NCBI RefSeq assembly: GCF_000092105.1
Contig: NC_014148.1
Span: 3,450,001-3,482,000 of the forward strand
Origin: Planctopirus limnophila DSM 3776
GTDB taxonomy: Bacteria; Planctomycetota; Planctomycetia; Planctomycetales; Planctomycetaceae
Direction of reading: 5' to 3'
DNA length: 32,000 nt
The position numbers and the translations under genes were made by a program. This document shows positions 25,023-32,000 of the stretch, one piece after another. The number at the start of each line of letters is the position of its first letter. The stretch's first letter is position 1. The notes under the pieces are model-generated. The model made no database searches and was not told the DNA's origin. It saw only the letters and a program-made list of their open reading frames with translations.

Positions 25023-26120
25023 ATGTCCGGCGAAAGGATTCGCATGTCGGCAGCTCTCTCCCTCGATGCGTGGGGTGCTCAGGCCACGGCACCGGCCTTG
25101 GCGATCGCTCCGGGTACATTCCAGCCGGAAATCTTCCGCGAATCGATCGATTGCCCATGCTGTGGATCTCATCAATTCCGCACAATCATTGAAGCAACTG
25201 ACCCACTCACGGGAATTGGCGGGAAGTTTCCCATCGTCGAGTGCGAGTCGTGCTCAATGGTCATTACCAATCCCCGGCCCACACTCGCTTCTTTGGGGTA
25301 CTTTTATCCCGCCGAATACTCACCTTACGATCACAACTCGGGAGACGGTCTCAAAGCGTTTGACCGCTTCATTGAACAGTCGGCACTGCGAACTGATTTT
25401 GGCTACCCGCCACAACCCGTCGGCCTGTTGACTCGCATGGCCTCCCGGCTGGCGGCATCACGATTTCGAACCAAGTTTACGCGCCATGAATGGATTCCCT
25501 GGACAGGCTCAGGCCGCCTGCTTGATGTGGGCTGCGGCTCGGGAGGATTTCTCACCCGCATGAAACGCCTGGGCTGGAACGTCGAAGGGATCGACTACGC
25601 CAGCGATGTGGCCCGCAAAGTCCAGGAGCGAACAGGAATTCGCGTACTGGCAGGGACGATTCCTCATCCTGAACTCAAGCTCTCCAGCTACGATGTCGTC
25701 TCTTTGTGGCATGTACTCGAGCATGTCCCTGATCCTCGGGCGACACTTTCAGCGGCGGCTGATCTGTTGGCCCCCGGTGGAAAACTTGTTCTCGAAGTTC
25801 CCAACATCGAGAGCTGGAGTTTTGCCGAGTTCCGCGAAGACTGGTTCGCTTTGGAAGCCCCGAGGCATCTCAACCACTTCAGCCCAAAGTCCTTGGCAAA
25901 GATTCTTCCTGAAGGCCGCTTCTCGTCCGTCAAGATTGAACAGATTGGCATGCGGTCGTGGATTCGGAAGTCGGCCCAGATGGCTGTCAAGAAGGGTCAC
26001 GAGAAGTACAACGCCTGGCTGAAAGCGGGCAAACCACACTTTACGAAGCTGGCTGCTCAAAGCGAAGCCGACCATCGGGGCGACGCCTTGCGATTGATTG
26101 CTGTGAAGTCAAACGCCTAG
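25023..26120 (+). CDS. class I SAM-dependent methyltransferase with N-terminal Cys4 zinc-ribbon-like motif
   Basis: CPCCGS...(x24)...CESCS, then the SAM motif I LLDVGCGSGGFL, and later VVSLWHVLEHVPDP and GGKLVLEVPN. Confidence 0.8.
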   Translation: MSGERIRMSAALSLDAWGAQATAPALAIAPGTFQPEIFRESIDCPCCGSHQFRTIIEATDPLTGIGGKFPIVECESCSMVITNPRPTLASLGYFYPAEYSPYDHNSGDGLKAFDRFIEQSALRTDFGYPPQPVGLLTRMASRLAASRFRTKFTRHEWIPWTGSGRLLDVGCGSGGFLTRMKRLGWNVEGIDYASDVARKVQERTGIRVLAGTIPHPELKLSSYDVVSLWHVLEHVPDPRATLSAAADLLAPGGKLVLEVPNIESWSFAEFREDWFALEAPRHLNHFSPKSLAKILPEGRFSSVKIEQIGMRSWIRKSAQMAVKKGHEKYNAWLKAGKPHFTKLAAQSEADHRGDALRLIAVKSNA

Positions 26121-26165
26121 CGGATCAATTTGCGAGGTCTTCGATCACTGTCTCCGTGACTGGAA

Positions 26166-27260
26166 ATGAACACGATGATCCCCTGGTCGCCACTCCCACC
26201 AGCTCCATCGACATTGATCGAAACACCTGCTGCCACGTCTACGCTCTCTGCAGGCCACCGAGTACAGCCTCCACTCGTCTCTGTCGTGATCGTCAACTGG
26301 AACGGCGGAGAGATGCTGCAGGCATGTCTGCACTCGCTGGAAAACTGCGAGGGCCGAGATTCACTTGAAGTCATCGTGGTGGATAACGCCTCCAGCGACA
26401 ATTCGTGGAGGAACATCCCCGCATTACACTATCCCTTCAAGCTCCTGCGGAATGAAACAAATCTTGGTTTTGCCATGGCCTGCAATCAGGGGGCAGAACT
26501 CAGTTCCAGCGAGTTTGTACTACTACTGAACCCGGATTCCATCCTTTACCCACAATCGATCTCGAAGGTTGTCGAGTTTCTGAATGCGCCCGCACAGGCT
26601 GACATTGGCATCTGCGGCATCCAGCTCGAAGATGAGCGTGGTCGAGTTTCACGAACTTGCTCAAGGTTACCGACGCCCGTCTCTTTGATAGCGAAATCAT
26701 GGCGGCTCGACAGCTACTTTCCCCGCTGGTTCCCGCCTCTGTTCATGAAAGAATGGGATCACCTTTCCACGCGCGATGTCGAGGAAGTGATCGGAGCCTT
26801 CTTCCTCGTCCGGCGTGACGTGTGGCATCAACTGAATGGGCTGGATGAGCGATACTTCGTTTACTTCGAAGAAGTCGACTTCTGCGAACGAGCCAGGCTG
26901 GCCGGATATCGCACGGTCTACTTTGCCGGGGCACGCGCTCGGCATCTGGGTGGTGGCTCGTCCAAACAGATTCGCGGCAAAGCAGGCTTCTACAATCTGC
27001 GAGCCCGATTGCAATATGCCGCCAAACATTTTTCCAAGCGACAAGCACAACTGGTTGTGCTCCATACCCTGACCATTGAACCAGCCATTCGTCTCTTCGA
27101 AGCGGCTATCAAACTGAAGTTCAAGCGTCTTCCCGAGATCTGGACTTCCTACCAGATGCTCTGGCGAGACTGGCTGACTTATGGCATTCGCCAGGTGGCA
27201 ATCTACGAGCGTCCGCCCATTCATCAGCCCTCTGGCGGTAAAAACGCGAAGGCCGCCTGA
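26166..27260 (+). CDS. family 2 glycosyltransferase (rhamnosyltransferase-like)
   Basis: VSVVIVNWNGGEMLQACLHSL, VIVVDNASSDNS, LGFAMACNQG and YFEEVDFCERARLAGY are the typical GT2 (GT-A, DxD-type) blocks. It lies 45 nt downstream of the methyltransferase on the same strand. Confidence 0.85.
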   Translation: MNTMIPWSPLPPAPSTLIETPAATSTLSAGHRVQPPLVSVVIVNWNGGEMLQACLHSLENCEGRDSLEVIVVDNASSDNSWRNIPALHYPFKLLRNETNLGFAMACNQGAELSSSEFVLLLNPDSILYPQSISKVVEFLNAPAQADIGICGIQLEDERGRVSRTCSRLPTPVSLIAKSWRLDSYFPRWFPPLFMKEWDHLSTRDVEEVIGAFFLVRRDVWHQLNGLDERYFVYFEEVDFCERARLAGYRTVYFAGARARHLGGGSSKQIRGKAGFYNLRARLQYAAKHFSKRQAQLVVLHTLTIEPAIRLFEAAIKLKFKRLPEIWTSYQMLWRDWLTYGIRQVAIYERPPIHQPSGGKNAKAA

Positions 27261-27312
27261 ATAATAGTCGCGAAACTCACTCCCACCAAAGAGCTTTTCA
27301 GGTGAGGAGACT

Positions 27313-28794
27313 TCAGGCACTGGCCTGTTTGCCGGGGTGCACGCGTTCGATATGTTCGCTGCCGCAGCCTGAACCTGCGGGAAACATCTTCCCGGGGCTC
27401 AGCAGGTTTTCCGGGTTGAAAGTGCTTCTCACACGCGACATCACTTCGACATCAACAGGCGAGAAGAGCTTGGGCAGAAAGGCTCGCTTTTCGACACCAA
27501 TGCCATGCTCGCCGGTAATGCTCCCGCCGAGCCGAATACATTCGTTGAGGATTTCATCGCTCGCCTGCAGGACTCGACTCAATTCCCCCTCGTGGCGTTC
27601 ATCGAATAGCAGGACGGGATGGATGTTGCCATCACCGGCGTGGCAGACATTCACAATGCGAATGTCATACTTCTCACTAGTGCGCTGAATAAACGAAAGA
27701 ATTTCTGGCAGCCGCGTACGCGGCACCACTCCATCCTGTGTGCAGTAGCTGGGGCTGAGCCGGCCGATTGCTCCGAAGGATTGCTTGCGGCACTTCCAAA
27801 GCGCGGCGCGCTCGGCTGCCGATTGAGCCACCCGCGTTTCCCGCACATGGTGCTGTTCGAGTAGTGCAGCGATCTTGACTGATTCTTCCTGGACCGCGAT
27901 CTCCAGCCCATCGAGTTCAATAATCAGCACAGCCCCGGCATCGAGCGGGAACCCGTATTGAAATGCCGCTTCGACCGCCTGAATGATGCCCTGATCCATC
28001 AACTCCAGCGCTGCAGGGATCAACCCCGCCCCAATGATCGAACTGATCGCATTGGTGGCATCGGCAACTGTGGCAAAGATGGCGAGTAATGTTCGCCAGG
28101 CGGCAGGATCGCGTGTGAGCCTGACCCAGGCCCGCGTACAGATACCCAATGTCCCTTCACTCCCCACCATCAGCCCCGTCAGATCGAGTGGATCGCTGGT
28201 TCCCCGGGGGCCACCAAAAACCTCGATGGAGCCATCCGGCAGCACCATTTCGACCCCCAGGACATGATTCACCGTCACCCCGTATTTGAGGGTATGCGGG
28301 CCACCGCTGTTGGTCGCCACGTTGCCGCCAATCGTGCAGGCACTTTGCGAGGAAGGATCCGGAGCATAATGATAGCCTGAACCCGCCAGTTCCCGGTTCA
28401 AATGGATGTTCACCACACCGGCTTGAACGACGGCATAGCGATCTCGCAGATGAATTTCTTCAATGGACGTCATCCGTGTGGTGGCGATCATCACGCCGCC
28501 ACCAATGGGTAAACAACCACCAGCCAACCCCGTCCCGGCTCCACGCGGCACGACAGGAATTTTTGCCTGGGTACACGCTTTCATCACGCGGGAAAGTTCG
28601 TCGGTAGAAGCGGGGAAGACAACCACCTCGGGGACATTCTTCTCGATGGTGTAGCCATCACACTCATACACCAGCAGCTCGCTCGCCACCGTGCGCAGAT
28701 GCTTCGAGCCCACGATGGTGGCGAGCGTCCTCAAGAATTCAGTGGTGATAGGCATGTGCATGGTTCCTGAAGAGGTCATCACTTCTGCAGCCAT
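27313..28794 (-). CDS. FAD-linked oxidase (GlcD / D-lactate dehydrogenase-like)
   Basis: VVFPASTDELSRVMKACTQAKIPVVPRGAGTGLAGG (the FAD-binding PCMH domain), and a C-terminal GGSITGEHGIGVEKR. The start is uncertain: 28872, 28794 (used here), 28779, 28761 or 28755. No glcE/glcF-like partner is adjacent. Confidence 0.85.
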   Translation of the reverse strand: MAAEVMTSSGTMHMPITTEFLRTLATIVGSKHLRTVASELLVYECDGYTIEKNVPEVVVFPASTDELSRVMKACTQAKIPVVPRGAGTGLAGGCLPIGGGVMIATTRMTSIEEIHLRDRYAVVQAGVVNIHLNRELAGSGYHYAPDPSSQSACTIGGNVATNSGGPHTLKYGVTVNHVLGVEMVLPDGSIEVFGGPRGTSDPLDLTGLMVGSEGTLGICTRAWVRLTRDPAAWRTLLAIFATVADATNAISSIIGAGLIPAALELMDQGIIQAVEAAFQYGFPLDAGAVLIIELDGLEIAVQEESVKIAALLEQHHVRETRVAQSAAERAALWKCRKQSFGAIGRLSPSYCTQDGVVPRTRLPEILSFIQRTSEKYDIRIVNVCHAGDGNIHPVLLFDERHEGELSRVLQASDEILNECIRLGGSITGEHGIGVEKRAFLPKLFSPVDVEVMSRVRSTFNPENLLSPGKMFPAGSGCGSEHIERVHPGKQASA

Positions 28795-29035
28795 GTTATA
28801 CCAACCGGGTGGCCCGACCGCCTCGCGGTTTGGGTCGCGCAGCGACAAGATGCCACTTCCTGCGCTTGTCATCGGAAATAACGTTGATCAAACAGGCATC
28901 TTGTCTTTATCTCTTCCGACAATTACGGCAAGCGGGCGGCTCAACCATGGACCACGTTGGAAGCATGTCACACGGATGGCGCGGCGTCTTGTGCCTCCGG
29001 CACCCGGCCACTAGCTGGCAGGGCTACCAGAAGTA

Positions 29036-30625
29036 TTAAGGTGTGATGATTGCGGGATTGGCAGGTGGCAGGCTGCGAGCCAGTTCTTCCTGCTGGATGA
29101 CGAACTCCCGATAACCGGCATCGAGCTGTTCGAACGGAACACCCACCAGTTCTTCAATCGAATCGACGCTGTCTCGCTTCAGATCACTCATCGAGTAGAT
29201 CTGTGACAGATGGGCAATGACCGCATCTCGATAGCGGCCACCTTCCGCTTCCATGAGATACTTGGTCATGTTCGCAGCCTGCTGATAGTTCCAGGCAAGT
29301 TTTTCGCTCGATTGAAATGCCTGCATACCGAGCGGTGCCATCTCGCGTAGAGGCAGATAGTAGCCATCATTCAGAAATCGATAGCGGGCTGCCAGAAAGC
29401 GATCAAATCGAGGATCACCCAGGCTGGCACCCAGATCTTTCTCAGAAAACGATTCGAAATAGCAGGCAATCCCTTCAACAATCCAGAAGTTTTCATACCG
29501 GGCGATCTCGCGATCACGTCCGATCTCGTAGAGCAACTGGTGAGTCGCTTCATGATAGAGCGTCGTTTTGGCACTCACTTCAGGATCGTGAAAGAAGTGG
29601 GCAATTCGTTCCGTCGGTCGATACAGGCCATTGGTAATATCAATCTGTGGAACAAACTGCTTCAGGCGTTCGTTGTATTCGAGCCTCGTACGGTAGTAGT
29701 GCACCACATGTGGCTTGGAGACCGTTCGTGCCTGGGTCTTCCCATCAAACAATTGAGCCAGCTGCTCGGGGGTATTGAAAAAGCCAGCGAACTGCAGGTG
29801 GAAGAAGTCGTAAAAGGCTTCCAGAGCATCCCCAAGTTCAACACCTTTTTCGAGACTGTGATTGGTTTTAATCAGAAAGTGCTCAGTACGAATTTCCCAC
29901 GCCTGCCGGAAATCACGGCGAATCTCGGCTTCCTTCTCGGCCGACACCCAGCGGGATTGCACGAACCGCTCGCCATTTTCGTAACGGGGGACATGCTTCT
30001 TGAGAATCCAGCCAAACTGCGGATGCCGCACATACATTTTGCGTGTCATGTCGGCTTCGAAAGGCGTCATCCATTCCTGGCCCTGCTGCACATAACCAAG
30101 CAATTTGCGAGCAGGCTTGTTATCGGGATCGTGCTGAGCCACTTCTCGCACAAGATCCAGAGCATAACTGCCAAAACCCGCATGTAAGGCTTTGCGTGAA
30201 TGGAGATATAAATTCTTGGCGTGGCTTTCCTGTTCGAAGCGAAGTTGAGTCTGCCAGAAGCGATCGTCCGCAGGGAGCGCCAGCGGAATTTCCGCGCGTG
30301 TTTGGCGCGGTAAGGGCCTGGCGAGAAAGGCTGCCCGATCTGCCGGTGTTTTCGCAGCGCGAACTGTGAGAGCAGCACTGGGAAGCACACGGGTTTCGCA
30401 CTCTTTGGCCAGAGTCTCAAGCCTGGCGGCAAATTCTTCTTCCAACTTGGCCTGTTGACTCTGGAGAACTTTCAACGTGCCAGCAGCAGCCGCACGATTC
30501 GTCGTCTGCGCCAGAGCCCGGGAGGGATCGAGGATGATCAAAAACAAGGCAAGGATCAGGAGCACCGGAGACCAGAAGTTCGATCTGGTGGGAGAGGTAT
30601 CGCTCACATCCATGTTGATGACCAT
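29036..30625 (-). CDS. DUF1570-like exported protein with HExxH motif (putative metallopeptidase-like)
   Basis: An N-terminal hydrophobic segment (FWSPVLLILALFLIILDPSRALA), and TTLYHEATHQLLYE containing HEATH. The overall layout resembles planctomycete DUF1570 proteins as I recall them. The track start 30664 is a GTG; ATGs occur at 30625 and 30613. Confidence 0.5.
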   Translation of the reverse strand: MVINMDVSDTSPTRSNFWSPVLLILALFLIILDPSRALAQTTNRAAAAGTLKVLQSQQAKLEEEFAARLETLAKECETRVLPSAALTVRAAKTPADRAAFLARPLPRQTRAEIPLALPADDRFWQTQLRFEQESHAKNLYLHSRKALHAGFGSYALDLVREVAQHDPDNKPARKLLGYVQQGQEWMTPFEADMTRKMYVRHPQFGWILKKHVPRYENGERFVQSRWVSAEKEAEIRRDFRQAWEIRTEHFLIKTNHSLEKGVELGDALEAFYDFFHLQFAGFFNTPEQLAQLFDGKTQARTVSKPHVVHYYRTRLEYNERLKQFVPQIDITNGLYRPTERIAHFFHDPEVSAKTTLYHEATHQLLYEIGRDREIARYENFWIVEGIACYFESFSEKDLGASLGDPRFDRFLAARYRFLNDGYYLPLREMAPLGMQAFQSSEKLAWNYQQAANMTKYLMEAEGGRYRDAVIAHLSQIYSMSDLKRDSVDSIEELVGVPFEQLDAGYREFVIQQEELARSLPPANPAIITP

Positions 30626-30779
30626 TGCTCTTGACCCCTGAGGCTGCCAGTGAATGTCACTCACAGGCCCGAGAAAAATTCTGCCACTTTATGATGATTG
30701 ATTGAAGCGGAGTGGTCTAGACCCGAATGAGCGGAATCGTGGCCCGTAGAACAAAGTGGAATTCTGCCGAAGATCGGCA

Positions 30780-31817
30780 TCAGGGATGGCTGGAATGGGC
30801 AAGATGCTCATGGTCGAGTGCTGAAGACGATTTGAAGAGCCAGAACAGCCACGCCAGCGAAGGTAATAAAAGGAGCATTCCGCCAGCGATCGCCACAAGC
30901 ATGGCCCAGAGGACGGACGGCGGAGCCACCAGTTGATCCAGTGGAATTTCGGGGATCATGGTCGCGGGTGAGACGGCTAAGCCGGCCCCCCACAGCACCG
31001 CGGCCACAGCCAAAACACTCGCCAGCACGGCAGCCAGAGGCCAGCGAAAATAGAGCGCGACCATCGAAAACATCCCGCCAGCCCAGGAAAGCAGCACCAA
31101 GGGTGAGTCGCCCCAGATGAGTCGCCTGGCCATTTCCGGTTGTTCGCTGCTGACAAACGCCAGCCCTGCCATGGCCAGAAGTCCTGTCCAGACACCGGAG
31201 AGCATCGCCCTGCTCCGCCAGATCTCCATCAGAAAACGTTCGTGGCGCAGGCTTGCTTCGCGGAAGAGAAAGACTGAGCAAAGATAGAGGCAGACAGCCA
31301 CTGCAAAAAATCCACTATAGATCGCCAGTGGATTGAGCCACGCCGTCTGCGATAAACGGGGATTTGTTGCCTCACGGGTCAGGATCCCTCCCACGACGGT
31401 TCCCAGAAAAAATGGCGCTGCCGTCGAAGCCAGACCGAAGAGCACAGTCGACGCACGCGTGACCGAGTTTTCGACAGGCGAATACGCGCGAAAGATAAAG
31501 GCCGCGCCACGACAGACAATCCCAGCTAATCCCAGAAGTAGTGGCAGCCACATCACCACACACAGATGCTGAAACACCCGCGGCATGGCCGACCAGAGGA
31601 TCACCAGCACAAAAATCAGCCAGACGTGATTGGCTTCCCAGACAGGGCCAATCACTTCTCTCAGCAATTGGCGATCTCGACGATGCGAGCGAAAACTTGT
31701 GTTGAACTCCCAGATTCCCGCGCCAAAGTCGGCACCGCCAAGAATGGCATAAGCTGTGAGTGCCAGCAGCAATGTGCCGTAAAGTATTGAGGCAGGGAGA
31801 ATAGCATCGGGATTCAT
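30780..31817 (-). CDS. cydB: cytochrome bd-type quinol oxidase subunit II
   Basis: From ATG 31817: MNPDAILPASILYGTLLLALTAYAILGGADFGAGIWE...IGPVWEANHVWLIF...CRGAAFIFR, which are CydB signature blocks, and the protein is multi-TM throughout. The track start 31961 lies inside cydA. Confidence 0.9.
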   Translation of the reverse strand: MNPDAILPASILYGTLLLALTAYAILGGADFGAGIWEFNTSFRSHRRDRQLLREVIGPVWEANHVWLIFVLVILWSAMPRVFQHLCVVMWLPLLLGLAGIVCRGAAFIFRAYSPVENSVTRASTVLFGLASTAAPFFLGTVVGGILTREATNPRLSQTAWLNPLAIYSGFFAVAVCLYLCSVFLFREASLRHERFLMEIWRSRAMLSGVWTGLLAMAGLAFVSSEQPEMARRLIWGDSPLVLLSWAGGMFSMVALYFRWPLAAVLASVLAVAAVLWGAGLAVSPATMIPEIPLDQLVAPPSVLWAMLVAIAGGMLLLLPSLAWLFWLFKSSSALDHEHLAHSSHP

Positions 31818-32000
31818 GACAAAGAGCTTTGATCTGACGCTGCCGGGTTGGAAGACAAATTCGAAGACGTTGGTATCGGCTGCACCGCCAATAATTGGAG
31901 GACAATGGTCAAGCCAGCGAATAAAGCCAGATAGATGGCCAGCGTCGCTAAAAAGAGCCATTCCAGCCCAGGGATTTGTGAGGCGGCGTCTTTGGTACGC
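31814..32000 (-). CDS. cydA: cytochrome bd-type quinol oxidase subunit I, 3' end only
   Basis: My translation of the minus strand entering at the right edge gives RTKDAASQIPGLEWLFLATLAIYLALFAGLTIVLQLLAVQPIPTSSNLSSNPAASDQSSLS*. It has a terminal TM helix. Its TGA (31816..31814) overlaps the cydB ATG (31817..31815) in an ATGA junction, as is usual for cydAB operons. The identity rests on position and topology only. Confidence 0.6.
   Translation of the reverse strand, partial: RTKDAASQIPGLEWLFLATLAIYLALFAGLTIVLQLLAVQPIPTSSNLSSNPAASDQSSLS

Noticed and set aside
1-32000. A search by eye for CRISPR repeats, IS elements or terminal inverted repeats, integrase/recombinase genes, rRNA or tRNA genes, and toxin-antitoxin or known defence-system genes.
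   Set aside because: I found none. The only long-range nucleotide similarity I noticed is between the conserved blocks of the two cphA paralogues, which paralogy explains. A systematic repeat or tRNA scan was not possible by hand, so short elements may have been missed.

Overview
This is a 32-kb chromosomal segment of roughly 50-55% G+C, with a few clearly AT-richer intergenic stretches. It is very probably from a member of the Planctomycetota. The basis is a DUF1559 protein with a prepilin-type N-terminal methylation motif followed by a carboxypeptidase-regulatory-like lipoprotein, which is a hallmark cassette of that phylum. I can support about 24 protein-coding genes:
- a 5' fragment of an RHS/YD-repeat ORF running off the left edge
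- an AhpD-like / DUF1348 / alpha-beta-hydrolase operon, divergent from a GAF-domain sigma-54 activator
- a secreted beta-helix protein
- a MarR regulator with a QueG/RdhA-like Fe-S protein fused to an SCP2 domain
- two tandem full-length cyanophycin synthetase paralogues
- a Nif3-like protein and a VWA membrane protein
- tatC, a divergent phosphofructokinase, a methyltransferase and a GT2 glycosyltransferase
- a GlcD-like FAD oxidase, a DUF1570-like HExxH protein, cydB and the 3' end of cydA

By eye I found no rRNA, tRNA, CRISPR array, transposase, integrase or recognisable defence system, and I do not claim a new system.

The most interesting signal is the cyanophycin synthetase pair, whose conserved motifs are lost in a complementary way. 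One copy keeps the canonical N-domain block but lacks the ATP-grasp STGG loop and two Mur-ligase-type C-lobe motifs. The other keeps those catalytic motifs but has the N-domain block substituted.

All family assignments come from motif recognition by eye. No database search, HMM scan or folding calculation was run.
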